DNA from: an uncultured bacterium
Lineage (GTDB): Bacteria > Verrucomicrobiota > Verrucomicrobiia > Limisphaerales > UBA8199
Direction of reading: 5' to 3'
DNA: 64,000 nucleotides
Assembly (NCBI GenBank): GCA_963749495.1
Contig: CAVVMW010000005.1
Coordinates: 224,001-288,000, forward strand
Below the pieces are notes generated by a model that saw nothing but the letters and a program-made list of their open reading frames with translations, had not been told where the DNA came from and made no database searches. A program made the position numbers and the translations under genes. Positions 44,916-56,043 of the stretch are shown here, one piece after another; within the stretch, counting starts at the first letter, position 1, and every line of letters starts with the position of its first letter.

Positions 44916-46735
44916 ATACGCTGGCCACCTTCCGGAGTTACCAGGAGAAGTTGGCGAGAGAGAGTTCCCCGGCCTGTCTGTTCGCGCAACGGCCTACCGT
45001 GCCCTTTCGGCCCGCCCAAACCGATTGCCCCGACTGTCGGGCGCCGCTCCAGGTTTACAAAACCCAGCGCCGAAGGGTTCAGACCCTGCCGCTGGGCTGC
45101 TTTAGCGCGCACGAAACCCTCCTGCACTGCGAGCACTGCCCCAACGACACCCTCTATGGCGCCGAGTCTCTCAGTCAACTGGTGCCCTCGGGCTGCACCT
45201 TTGGGTACGATGTGCTGGTCTTCGTCGGCCAGGCGCTTTTCTTGCACCAGCGCCGGGCCGAGCAAATCATCGAGGAATTGCAAGCGCACCAGGTTCGGCT
45301 CAGTCCCAGTGAAGTCGGCTATCTGGGAAGAAAGTTCGTCGTCTACCTCGCCCTGGCGCACCGGCAGTCGGCGCCACCCCTCAAGCAAGCCATGCGCGCC
45401 CAAGGCGGTTACATTCTCCATCTGGATGGCACCGGTGAAGGGGGCGGGCCGATGTTGATGAGCAGCCTGGATTCGCTCTCGGAAATCGTGCTGGGCAATG
45501 TGAAGGTGCCCTCGGAAAAGACCGAGCAGATTGTCCCGTTCCTGCAGGAGATCAAGCGCCGCTTTGGGGTGCCGGTGGCGGCCGTCCATGACATGGGCCA
45601 CGGCATCCTGGCGGCAGTCCAGAGGGTGTTTCCCGGCGTGCCGGACTTTGTCTGTCATTTTCATTTTCTGCGCGATGCCGGCAAGGATCTCCTGGAGGCC
45701 GACTATGACGCTATCCGGCAGCGCCTGCGCAAGCATGGCCTGACCGAAAAGCTGCTCTATTACGCTCGCCGGTTCAAAGCTGCCATCGATGAGCAGCCCG
45801 GCTTGGTCGAGAGCTTCTGTCAGGATGTGCAGGGCCACTGTCTGCCGAGCGAGAAGCTGGAGGTCTTTCCGCTGCTCTGTGCCTACGCTCTGATCCAGTG
45901 GGCACTGGAGGGTAAAACCGACGGCCAGGGCTACGGGTTCCCCTTTGATCGGCCTCACGTGCAGTTTGCCAAGCGCCTGCGGGCTCTGGGGCAGGGCTTG
46001 GAACAAATCAAGGACGTTCACCTCCGCGGCCAATGGGCGGACAACAAACCGCTATTCAAGCTGTCCTGTGAACTCAAAGGAATCTACGCCGATGAGGGCC
46101 TGCAAAGAATGCTCACCGCCATCGACCTCAAGATCGCGGTGTTCGACCGACTGCGTAGCGCGATGCGTATTGCCGAAGCCGGCGGAGCCGCTGGTCTCAA
46201 CTCTGGCAGCCGCCCGATGGCTATGGGCCCGATTGAAAAGGCGGTCGAGCACTTCCACCAGGAGATTACCTCCCGTGCCGATTACCCTTCCACCCCCCAC
46301 TGGCAGGCCCTCATCGGGCAGATCGACAAGTATAAAGACAAGCTCTTTGCCGATCCGATCACGGTGAGGACCCCCAGCGGAACACGGCGCCTCCAACCCC
46401 AGCGCACCAACAACCTTATGGAGCGGTTCTTCCGCGATTTTCGGCGAGGAGCTCGCCGCAGAAGCGGGCACAACTCGATCAGCCGCTTGCTCCAAAGCAT
46501 GATCGCCGACACCCCATTGGTCCGAAATCTGGAAAATCCTGGCTGCCTCAAAATCCTGCTCAACGGCCAGGCTACCCTCGAAGAACGCTTTGCCCAGATC
46601 GACGCTCAAACCGTTCGCGAAGAACTGCGGGCGGTTCAAGGCTCCTTGGAGAAAGTACCTCCGCAAATCCGGCAACTGATCGCACTCCCCGCCTTCCCCG
46701 AGGCCATCTGCCGCCTATTTCAGAAAGCCGCCTGA
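44888..46735 (+). CDS. IS orfB DDE transposase, probably expressed by -1 frameshift from orfA
   Basis: CPDC/CEHC zinc finger, LHLDGT, VHDMG, CHFHFLRD, RTNNLMERFFR; the -1 frame is open from 44888. Confidence 0.88.
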   Translation, partial: KKNAPGTQLNTLATFRSYQEKLARESSPACLFAQRPTVPFRPAQTDCPDCRAPLQVYKTQRRRVQTLPLGCFSAHETLLHCEHCPNDTLYGAESLSQLVPSGCTFGYDVLVFVGQALFLHQRRAEQIIEELQAHQVRLSPSEVGYLGRKFVVYLALAHRQSAPPLKQAMRAQGGYILHLDGTGEGGGPMLMSSLDSLSEIVLGNVKVPSEKTEQIVPFLQEIKRRFGVPVAAVHDMGHGILAAVQRVFPGVPDFVCHFHFLRDAGKDLLEADYDAIRQRLRKHGLTEKLLYYARRFKAAIDEQPGLVESFCQDVQGHCLPSEKLEVFPLLCAYALIQWALEGKTDGQGYGFPFDRPHVQFAKRLRALGQGLEQIKDVHLRGQWADNKPLFKLSCELKGIYADEGLQRMLTAIDLKIAVFDRLRSAMRIAEAGGAAGLNSGSRPMAMGPIEKAVEHFHQEITSRADYPSTPHWQALIGQIDKYKDKLFADPITVRTPSGTRRLQPQRTNNLMERFFRDFRRGARRRSGHNSISRLLQSMIADTPLVRNLENPGCLKILLNGQATLEERFAQIDAQTVREELRAVQGSLEKVPPQIRQLIALPAFPEAICRLFQKAA

Positions 46736-46799
46736 CGCACCGATCCAACGGACTTTTGTTTCCATAGCATTCGACTAAAGTCCGCGCTCCCGGTGGTAG

Positions 46800-47141
46800 T
46801 GCCTGGTCCCGCCTTCAAGTGTCTGCACAGGGCCGAGGTGTCCAGGGGCGAGGCGCGAGCGCCGTTGGCGAGAGCCCGATCCGCCCGCCGGCGCTCCGCA
46901 CGCCAGCCCAGCCGCAACGGCCGCTATGAGACACCGCGGACCAAGCTATGGTCTGACTCCGGCTCTCGTCGAACTGCTGAAGGAGAAGGTCGTGAGCTGC
47001 TGCCAGGTCAAGACCGGCAGGGAACTTGCGCCGAGCCAGCGGGCGGCGCTGCGCCAGGCCCTCACCAGCCGTGCGCTCATCCTGACGGGCGGGCCGGGCA
47101 TCGTGCTGGGCAACCTGATTGACAGCGGCGTGGGTATTTAA
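46800..47141 (+). pseudogene. RecD2-like helicase fragment
   Basis: LHRAEV, then KTGRELAPSQRAALRQALTSRALILTGGPG with the GKT part of Walker A lost. Confidence 0.65.
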
Positions 47142-47168
47142 CGCCCTCATAAACAATCAGATTCGCAG

Positions 47169-49547
47169 CTACAAGATGGGCGCTCTCGTCTCAACAATGT
47201 CGAGTCCGCGCCAGAATGCAGGATTTATACAGAATAAGGTATCCTCTGGCCCCTTGCTCGCAGACAAGGCCCGCAACTTTTTCATTTCATAGTTTACATT
47301 GTAAATGTAGGAGAACTCTCCACTAGATCGGACAACACCCAACACCCCATACCACATGAGCAATTCGATAACGTGATCATACCCCAACTCGACCACACAG
47401 GCTCCTTTGACCCGCTCAATTACCTGGCTTTTGGTCAGAATATTTGGTGCTTCAATGAACCCATAGAGAATGTCTCGTGCGTCAGGAAATATGTCTTGTA
47501 TTTCGAGGTCAATGTGATTGATCAGGTCTGTAGAATACGCGCCTTCCCCCTGTAGAACGTCATCGGCCTCGATCTTCAGGTGCCCAAGATTGATGGCGTG
47601 ACTCTTGCAGTGACTGAATAGATCAATCAACCCTCGGGGTCGCATCAAACAGCGAGCGATAATGTATTCCGAAGTGTCCTCACCGGAGGCGAGATGCGTC
47701 GTCGCTATGCGCCTCCAAATGGTCTCGAAAGGTGTTTGTTTGTCTGCAATGTTGGAGACAAAGCGGCGGCGAAGAACTTCTCGCAATAATTCAGGATCAG
47801 TCCAATCCAGGGCGATGCGTGAAACCTTTCCTCTGTCGGGCATCGAATCCAGCAAGAGATCAAACACGTCGTTTCGGATGAATACGACTCCATGCGCTGT
47901 CACCTGATGTTGGCGCAAGAACCTATCCAATTTATCAACGGCCTCGATGAGGCAACGCAAACTCAACAAATCATGCTCATCAATGCCATGCGCACGCCAG
48001 CCCTTGTCGATATTATCGAAGAGAATCCACACTTGCTTCATGCGCCCAAGTGCCTGCACAAGATCGTCTCTCAGTGATTTTATGTCGTGTGTGTATAAAA
48101 TGCCGGTAATCGCGTTTCGATCAAGGAACTGTGAACCATCACCTGTCGTCGCTTGCAGGTAAGCGCGGCTGCGATCCTCAATCGCCTCTGTGAGGCGCAG
48201 CATTCGTTCGGCAAAGTCCCCTTCCTGACCCGGTATCCCTTGGACGTAATTACGCTGCAATTTCTCAACAATAGCCGCTAGCTCTGGATCGAACATTCGC
48301 TTGCACCTCACCTTTTCCAGAAACTTCTGACAGATTTCGAGTAGGAGAAGGTATTCCCAGAATGCCGTCATCGTGTGTTCTCGGGTTCCTCGTTCGAGGG
48401 ACTTCAACAACACAGTCTTCAACTTGCGTAGCTGAAACCCCTCGGGGTTGAGGTCTAAAACGAGGTTGCGCGTGTCTGCCCGCACCTTGTTTCTCACCTG
48501 AAAGAAAGCGCGGTCTTGCCAGAGCCTTTGCGTCCTACGACAATGCGAATTTCCCCACGAAGCACCCGGTGATATTCGTCAGTTTGCAGGTAGTAGGCAC
48601 CAAGTTCCGTAAACTCATTTTCAGCGGCGCTCGCACCCACAAAAAGCTCATCAAGCACGCCGTGTCGTTGCATCCCAACCACTGATTCTTCTTGTTGGAG
48701 GCGTTCAGTAATTTGCGGTGCAAACTCGGCAATGAAGGGATTTATCGAATCGAGACTTGTGAACGATCTGACATAATCGCGTAGGTCGAGGGGAATGGGT
48801 TCATCGCCCGCTTGCAGCAGCAATGTCGCCTTTGCCATTCCGTGGGACAACCCCGCGACAAACGCACATCGCAAATTGTGAGCCTTCTCACCCACCCTGT
48901 TGGATGAGAGCAAAGGAAGCACGACGCCATGCGATGCTGCAACATTATCAATTGCGTCTCTGGCCGACAAGCGCCCATGTTCCTCTGGATCGAAGGAGCG
49001 GTAGAACAGTCGTGCCTGCTTCTTCAACCTAGAGAATAGATGAATTTCTGCCTCAGTCTTTTCTCGTGGAGCAATGACATACACGGGTGCTTTACGGTTG
49101 ATCGCGGAGGCGGCGTAAGAGAGCGGGGCGAGATCGGTAAGCCCACAGAGGAAGTCTGATAGTTCGTGCGCGGGGCTGTATTTCATGTAACCTAGTGTGT
49201 CGAAAATGCCGACCTCACGAGTAAGGCGGTCATCGGATATAATCGCCTCATTTAGCACGAGAATCGCCCGCTTTTTTACGCCTATGGCGTAGCCGACCTC
49301 ATAGACGACGTTGAAATTCAGTCGGGTTATGTCTGCAACCAAGAAAGACGTGGTGTCTATCTGATCTCAGGATCGGATCAACCAAGCAGCGACCAGGAAT
49401 ATCATTCGCCTCCCAACTCCTGAGTCGCAAGGAGGGCTTCTGGACGCGCATTTTTTCAATACACGCTCTCACACCTGCGCTGATTTCAGGTGGGTGCGAT
49501 GGATATGCCACAAATGCACTTAACACGTTGGACGATTTTGTATTCAT
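47169..49547 (-). CDS. Two TIR/nucleoside-deoxyribosyltransferase-like domains fused to a Sll1717-type P-loop ATPase (frameshifts near 49365 and 48503)
   Basis: AFVAYPS, VADITRLNFNVVYEVGYAIG, GASAAENE, GRKGSGKT Walker A, ILFDNIDK Walker B, RPRGLI, INPAFW; visibly more A+T-rich than flanks. Confidence 0.8.
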
Positions 49548-49801
49548 TTGCTTGGATGTGGGGTCATCAATGTCCGCTCCCGTGGCGGATGGGCCACGTG
49601 GGGATCGGCGGGGCCGGGGTTCAAGCGGGTTTGGTAGGGCTGGCCGGATTGCGCGGCAGTGGCGAGGCCGTCGTAGGTGTCCAGGACGACAAACTTGGCG
49701 CGACAGTAGCCGCGCTGGCTCTCCTCGTGCCGGTTGACGATGATTCCCACCACGTCAGACACAGCCCTGACGACCAGCCGGTTCAGCTCGTTCAGGTTCA
49801 T
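49544..49801 (-). CDS. Short ORF resembling the extreme C-terminus of large Eco57I/PglX-like methyltransferases
   Basis: IVNRHEESQRG..AKFVVLDTYDGLATAAQSGQPYQTRLNPGPADPHVAHPP; tightly coupled to both neighbours. Confidence 0.55.
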   Translation of the reverse strand: MNLNELNRLVVRAVSDVVGIIVNRHEESQRGYCRAKFVVLDTYDGLATAAQSGQPYQTRLNPGPADPHVAHPPRERTLMTPHPSK

Positions 49802-49805
49802 GCTT

Positions 49806-52579
49806 CTACTCCCGCCGAAACATCTGGCCTACGCCCAGCTCCTTCAGCGCGGCGTTCAACTGCTCCAGGGTTTGCGCCTCTTTGAGCTTGGCGCGGACTT
49901 TGACCTCGATTTCCACGTCCTCGGCTTGGGCCAAGCGCGTCAGCACTTTTAGGCTGAAAAGATTCCAATGCTCCCGCATCAACTGGCCTTGCCAGCAGAC
50001 CACCGGCGACTGCGGCTCGGGCGGCGGTTGGCCTGGCCGCTGCCCTGGCGGCGGCTCCACGGGCGGTGTGACCAGCGGCTGCTTGGCTGGCGGCGTCGGG
50101 GGCTTTCCCGTGGGCGGTTCGGCACCCGCCTCCTTCAACGCCTTCGCCTTCTTCACCGTCAGAAGGTACGTCTCGTAGTCGAAGGTGATGTCCGGCAGCT
50201 CGACCGCTTCCTTGAACCACACGCGGTCGAACTGGTTGGCGTCTTTGCCGCAGGCCAGGCCGAGCGTGCCCTGGCTGACCGCGCGCGAAATGGTCTGGCG
50301 CAGGGCGTCTTCGGCCTTTTCCAGCCGCGTGAAATAGCCCTGGAAGAACGCCGCCTTCAGGCTGGCTAACGGCCAGGTGCCAGACTCCTTCAGCGCCGGG
50401 GGCCAGTTCCGCTCGATGTAGGAGGCCCCGATCTCCCGGCTCAACAGGCTTTCATGGCGGAGGCGCGCCAAGATAGCCGACGTGATGCCCTTGGCCTCGC
50501 TGGGATGGAGCTGCCCCAGGGGCACGTCCTTCAACTTGCCCTGGATGGCATCCCACACCAGCAGGTGGTTGTAGCTGCTCCACACCGCTCCTCGATCTGC
50601 GACTTCGCCTCCGACAGCTCGCGCTGGATGCGTTTCAGGTCATCCGGCTCCAAGTCGCCGAGCAGTCCGCGATTGGCATCCTCAACAACCGCCTGCCAGG
50701 CCATCAACTCCTCGCACCCCAACCGCAGCGACCCGCCGCTTTCACAGGCCAGCCACAGCGCGCCGCCCGGATTCTGCCGTGACGACTGGCCGCACTTCCG
50801 CGTCCACTCGACAATACGCTGGCAGAGATTGGACTCCTCGCTGCTATCCCAGGACTCGTCGGGCCGCATCACCGCCAGCGTCAGCATCGCCTGGTCGAGC
50901 ACGTCGGTTGAGTCTTTCGGGAAAAGCGACAGGTGGATTTCCGCGCCGTCCTTAAAGACCGCCTTCACCAGCTCGACAACGTTTCTTTGCACATCGTCAG
51001 GATTGAGCGCCTGCTTCCGGTCGGCATGGACTTTCTTCAACGTCGGGACATGCCCGAAGCGCCAGCCGTCCACGCCCAGGGGCCGGAGGAAGTAGCAGCG
51101 CCGTTCCAGGTTCTGGACGGCGGTGTGAATCAGCGTGGTCTCGGTGTCCGGGTCGCCTGCCGCGAAGTAAAGCTCCGGCAGGTGGGCGGACTTGTCGGTC
51201 TGACCGCCGCAGGACTCGAAGAACAGTGTGGTAGCCACCCGTCGGTGGATTGTGGCTTGGGCGTCCCGCCCAAGGTTCACGGGCGAGACGCCCGTGTCAC
51301 CTCTATATTCCTCGTCCAGCGTTTCAGCGTGGGACGGCGGCTGGCCGGTCGGAGCCGAGATGTCGGCCTGGATTGCCGCCTGGAGGCGTTGCTCGCCCAT
51401 CTGGCGCAGCACGGCTGACAGGAACTCCCGGTCGCCCAATGGCGCGGAGCCGAGGGTCAACAGCGGCTCGCGCCGGGCGCTGCCGTATCCTTCGCGGTAG
51501 GCGCACGAAATCCACATGCCCAGCATCGCCAGGGTGGTGCGGGTCTGCTGGAACTGCGCCAGGGCCTGCCATTTCCGCTGGAAGACCGTCAGCGTGGACG
51601 GGTGGAACGGGTAGCAGGACTCGAACTGCACGCGAATCTGATCCTCCGACAACTGCCCCAACTCGGCGGGCAGCCGGTCACGGCGCTCAAACACCCAACT
51701 GGCAAACTGCCGCGCCACGGCCCGGCGCATACTGTCCCGGCCAGGGTTCTCGAACAGCCGCCGCCGCACGATCTCGCTCACCTCCGAGGCATCGTTCGCC
51801 ACGAGGTCTTTCCCCACCCGCCCGACCACCTTGGTCAGCTTGTCCTGCCACTCGTGCAGCTCCTCGGTCATTTCCGTGGGCGAGGCAGGCAGGCTGAAGA
51901 TGCCGACCGCATTCTGCGCCGAGGTCAGCGCCGTCGTGATGTTCTGCATGAAAGAGTAGAATGCCGTGGACTGTTCGGGATACCGCCCCAGGTAATTCAG
52001 CGTTTCGTCGAACAGGATGAGCACCGGCTTGCCTGCCAGTCGGATCAAGTCGCCCAGCTTCTTGTCGCCGGGGGCCTTCTTCGGCTGGTCGAAAAGCCTC
52101 CGCCCAGCGTCACCGGCCAACTGGTCGGCGATTTCCAGCCAGGGTGTTTCGCGCCCCGGCGAGGCGTCCCAGGAATTGCCGACGAACACGGCAACCTTGG
52201 CCTCCGGGATCGTCTTCAATCCTACCGTCCGCATCATCTCGGCGACCCCGGAGAAGTTCTTCGCCTTGGCCCCGTTCGAGCACATGTGGTACAGCGCCGC
52301 CAGGGTGTGTGTTTTGCCGCCGCCGAACTGGGTGATGAGCGACATCACCGACGCGGTGTTCATGGTCTCCGCGTTCAACCGGCGCAGCACCATGCCGCAG
52401 TGATCCACAAGGGCCTTCGAGAAGTAGTTTCGCGAGAAAAACTTCTCCGGCTCCACGTAGTCGCGGGGTGCCGTGCCGGTGACGACCTGCTCCAGGTGGA
52501 CGGCAAACTCCTTCGGGTCGAGCGACCGGCCTTCGCGCAGTTCTTGGCGGGGGATGACGACTTTATACCAGGGTTCCAT
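49806..52579 (-). CDS. DUF499 AAA+ ATPase (frameshift near 50587)
   Basis: PWYKVVIPR, EFAVHL, TQFGGGKTH, ILFDE, RRRLF, YPFHP, FQQTR. Confidence 0.92.
51252..51300. repeat. REP family A doublet, in frame inside DUF499
   Basis: gtggcttgggcgtcccgcccaag-gtt-cacgggcgagacgcccgtgtcac; translated GDTGVSPVNLGRDAQAT. Confidence 0.9.
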
Positions 52580-52582
52580 AAA

Positions 52583-55500
52583 TCATTTGACTCCTCTCAT
52601 CGCCGCCTGGACGCCTTCCAGCATCCGGCGCTCGTCGCTGCCTTCTGGATACAGGGCGTTCAGGGCTAGGGCCAGGCGCTCGAAGCGTTTGCCCTGGCGC
52701 ATTTCGGTTTCCAGTACCTGGCGCAGCAGCGTGCTCCGGCCCAAGCCAAATAGGAGCATGGCGCGGTGGATGCGGTCAAGCGTGGTGAAGGTAACTTCGC
52801 CGAGCGGATGGCCCGGCGCGGCCATCTTGCCTTTCTTGGGCTTCGTCGGCAACGCGGCCTCGGTGCGCTTCTTTTCCACGAGGCCCAGTTCGAGCTGCCG
52901 GAAGTCCTCCAGGCTGATTTCGATGCCGGGGCGCTCGGCGGCTTCGCCCAGCAGTTCCTCGGTGCGCTCCTTCGTTGAAAGCAGCCGCACCACGCCCTTT
53001 TCGATTTCCAACACACGCCCTTCCAGGGCCGGATAGTGGATGCCCATCGGGCGGGTGATGCGGATAAAGGTGTCGAACAGCATTGCGAAGCCGGGCTTGG
53101 CCTTCTTCGGCTTTTCCTCGTCCTCCTCGCCGCCAGCATCTTCTTCGGCTTGCTCGGCGGCTTGGGGCTTGGCTGAGCCGTTGACCTTCGTCGCCTGCAA
53201 CGTCCACAGGAATAACGCGGTCAAGCGGGCGTCTTCCTCGAACCCCTCCGTCTCGGCATCACCAAGCACCTGGCGCAGCGCCTCCTTTGACAGCGCCTCG
53301 AACACGTAAGCGAGGAAGCCGCGCTGTTCAGGTTCTATGGCATCAGGGTTGCCGCCGAGAGGCACTTCACGGTCGGCAGCGGTGAGCACCTTGTCATAGC
53401 GGCTGTAGGATTCGAGCGCAGGGCCGAGGCAGGAGAAAATGGCGTCCGCACCCCGAACGCCGTGCCTCTGCAAGGTGGGCAGCCATTCCCGAATCCGTTT
53501 CTCCATCACTGACTTTACTTCAGTCCAGTCCCCAACACCTGCGTCAGCGGGCCGTGGGCGGCAGACAAGGTGAACGCTCGTAGCCAATGCCGCCGAATCC
53601 TGTGCTCTCAAGCGCGAACCCATCTCAGTGGCAATCGGCCATGATGCTGTGATTGCCCACCCAGAGCGCAACATGCCGGACAATAGGGCTTCCCATCCCT
53701 CGGTGGTCTTGTGAGCGAAAACAACACAAGCCACGCCATCATCTCGCGTCACCCTCCTCCCCTCACCGAACACTTTGGTCATCTCCTTTTCAAAGAACGC
53801 GCCGTCCTTCACGCCTTTTTCAAATGTCCGCGTTCCGTCTTGGACAATTTCTTGTGTCTTCGGCGTGAGCGGGTTGGTTAGATCAAATGGGTCACGAAGC
53901 ACCGGATGGTTTGGCAGCGTCCGCTTGAGCCAGACGAAGAAAAAGTCCGAGAGGTCAGAATACGGCAGCGCATCGTAGTATGGCGGGTCGGTGAACCACG
54001 TTGATGCCGCCTGTGGGCCTAGAGGAGACTTGCGTGCGTCCGCCTGCTGTGCTTGGCCAATCGTGCCCCCCGAAGGCCACATTCCCGCAACATCGGAGAT
54101 AAGTTCATATCCGCTCTCCCAGTTCCCCGGAGCATTTGCTGTCGGGACGACCTCGGCGAAGTCCCAGACAATGGGCAAAGCTTGCCTTCCGAACGTGTGC
54201 TGCATTTTCTCGGCGTGAGGGTTCCAGCGCGTGAGTGACATGTTGCTCATGGCAACGCGACTAAACGCTGCTGCAAGCACGGGACGGATATTCTGTGGGA
54301 CTTCAAGTCTATCCAACAGCCGGTTTAGCGTGACCAGTGAGAGCTTCTGTCGTGAAGTGAACAAGTCTCCCCAGTTCAAGATGCCGTAGCGTTGAACGCG
54401 AAAACCCAGAGTGCCGATGGGGGGCAAAGGCTCATTGGGCACTGAATGAGCAGACAACTTCGTCAAAGCGTGCCGCGCTGCTTGAACGGCTGCATAATCT
54501 GTCGCCCTTGCCACCCGGTAGTTTCGCCCAGTCCTCTCCTCATGGACGGTCACCACAGCCAACAACGTCGCGCCGGTCATTCGTCTCCCCTGAGCATCGG
54601 CCAGAGCGTCAGCGCCTCCGTTCTCAGCCGCGAGCTGTGCGCGAACTCGTTCAGCGGGCAGGACTGTATGGCAACACAAGCAGGTCGCGTTGGCACGACT
54701 CACGGTTCCCGCAGAAACCTCCTTTTCATCATTAGGCTCGAAGACTTCAAACACGAGTCGAGCAGGCTCGCCTTGAGGTCGTTCGGTGCGACAGCGGAGT
54801 GCCCGTTTGCGCGCCGATTTATTACAGAGCCAAAATGACCGCACCAACGGAATGTCCGCACCGCAACCAATGCCTTCGCAACGCACCGTCCGCGCCCAAA
54901 GGTAGGCGATGGGGCGGCTGCCGTCCGGGTCGGGCGGATAGAACTGGGCGAGTTCCTTCTCCGCCGCTTCCTTCACCTGCTTGCCCACATGCCGGAGCGC
55001 ATCGGCCAACCCATGCACCACGACTTCCTTCCCGTCCTTGCCAGGCAGGTTGAACTCGGCGTTGCCGTAGCGCGGGATGTCTTCGAGCAGCGTCTTGAGG
55101 ATAAGGCAGGCGACGGGATTGAGGTCACTGGCGAAGGCTTCGCAACCGAGCCGCAGGGCTTCGAGTGGAATGGAGCCGCCGCCTGCGAACGGATCAACCA
55201 CGACCGGCGTTTCCTCCGGGTGCGCGGCCTTCACCAGTCCGCGCCCAATCTCCAGGTAAAGGGCGTTGCCAGCGTTGTCCCAGTCGGCGAACTCGGCGAT
55301 GAATTTGAGCAGCAGCTCGCGCAGGGCAATATCCGTGGCACGGCCATCCTGGCCGTGCGTCTTCACGGGCGTCGCCCCCAGGCTCACGGGCGGGACGCCC
55401 GTGCCACTGTTGCCACTGTAACGCTTCGCCAATAGCTGCCGCGCCTTGGCCTTGAATTCCGGTGGACAGGCCGGGTCGCACGGGTCAGGCAGCAGCAGTC

Positions 55501-55663
55501 CCAGCAGCACCGCCCGGCAAGCCGCCAGCGGGCGCCGCGCCCACCACAGGTGCAGCGTGGACGGATGCCCGTGTCGGATGGACTTCTCCTTTGCCGAGTG
55601 TTCGCTGACCCTGGCGATGGGGAAATCGACCTCGATGAGGCGTTTGCACGTGGTGGGAATCAT
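52583..55663 (-). CDS. DUF1156 adenine-specific DNA methyltransferase
   Basis: TLHLWWARRPLAACRA, DPFAGGGSIPLEA (SAM binding), TDPPYY (catalytic), VFAHKTTEGWE. Confidence 0.93.
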   Translation of the reverse strand: MIPTTCKRLIEVDFPIARVSEHSAKEKSIRHGHPSTLHLWWARRPLAACRAVLLGLLLPDPCDPACPPEFKAKARQLLAKRYSGNSGTGVPPVSLGATPVKTHGQDGRATDIALRELLLKFIAEFADWDNAGNALYLEIGRGLVKAAHPEETPVVVDPFAGGGSIPLEALRLGCEAFASDLNPVACLILKTLLEDIPRYGNAEFNLPGKDGKEVVVHGLADALRHVGKQVKEAAEKELAQFYPPDPDGSRPIAYLWARTVRCEGIGCGADIPLVRSFWLCNKSARKRALRCRTERPQGEPARLVFEVFEPNDEKEVSAGTVSRANATCLCCHTVLPAERVRAQLAAENGGADALADAQGRRMTGATLLAVVTVHEERTGRNYRVARATDYAAVQAARHALTKLSAHSVPNEPLPPIGTLGFRVQRYGILNWGDLFTSRQKLSLVTLNRLLDRLEVPQNIRPVLAAAFSRVAMSNMSLTRWNPHAEKMQHTFGRQALPIVWDFAEVVPTANAPGNWESGYELISDVAGMWPSGGTIGQAQQADARKSPLGPQAASTWFTDPPYYDALPYSDLSDFFFVWLKRTLPNHPVLRDPFDLTNPLTPKTQEIVQDGTRTFEKGVKDGAFFEKEMTKVFGEGRRVTRDDGVACVVFAHKTTEGWEALLSGMLRSGWAITASWPIATEMGSRLRAQDSAALATSVHLVCRPRPADAGVGDWTEVKSVMEKRIREWLPTLQRHGVRGADAIFSCLGPALESYSRYDKVLTAADREVPLGGNPDAIEPEQRGFLAYVFEALSKEALRQVLGDAETEGFEEDARLTALFLWTLQATKVNGSAKPQAAEQAEEDAGGEEDEEKPKKAKPGFAMLFDTFIRITRPMGIHYPALEGRVLEIEKGVVRLLSTKERTEELLGEAAERPGIEISLEDFRQLELGLVEKKRTEAALPTKPKKGKMAAPGHPLGEVTFTTLDRIHRAMLLFGLGRSTLLRQVLETEMRQGKRFERLALALNALYPEGSDERRMLEGVQAAMRGVK
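55335..55407. repeat. REP family A doublet, in frame inside DUF1156
   Basis: gtggcacggccatcctggccgtg...cacgggcgggacgcccgtgccac; translated SGTGVPPV...HGQDGRAT. Confidence 0.9.
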
Positions 55664-55666
55664 CTC

Positions 55667-55795
55667 AGTGCGGAGTGCGGAGTGCGGAGTGCGGAGTGCG
55701 GAGTGCGGAGTGCGGAGTGCGGAGTGCGGAGGGCAGAGTGCGGAGTGCGGAGGGCAGAATGCGGAGTGTGGAATGCAGAGTGCGGAGTGCGGAAT
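55667..55795. repeat. Heptamer tandem repeat (AGTGCGG)n immediately upstream of the methylase start
   Basis: About 18 units, degenerating distally; reverse complement of the unit at 13281-13330. Confidence 0.9.
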
Positions 55796-55992
55796 GAATA
55801 ATTCCGGCGGGCATAGTCAACGAAAAAATAACCCCGCCCGAGGCCGTTTCCGGCGTGTCGAACGGGGAGTAGATAAAATCCAATGCTCCCGAACCGCTTA
55901 CGAAGCTACCGTGCAGGCTCGATTTGTCAAGGTCTGGGCTGCGGTCCATGGCTGGCGTCCCGTCCTGCACGGCAGAGGGCGTCTGAAAAGGC

Positions 55993-56043
55993 GTGGCGCG
56001 GGCGTCTCGCCCGCGACGGACAGGGGCGGGACGCCCCTGCCAG
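55993..56043. repeat. REP family A doublet
   Basis: gtggcgcgggcgtctcgcccgcg-acgga-caggggcgggacgcccctgccag. Confidence 0.8.

Larger units (their letters stand above)
44200..46770 (+). mobile_element. Two-ORF insertion sequence with DDE transposase (family unassigned; ends approximate)
   Basis: HTH-like orfA plus DDE orfB; A+T-rich left end; unrelated broken genes on both sides. Confidence 0.85.
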
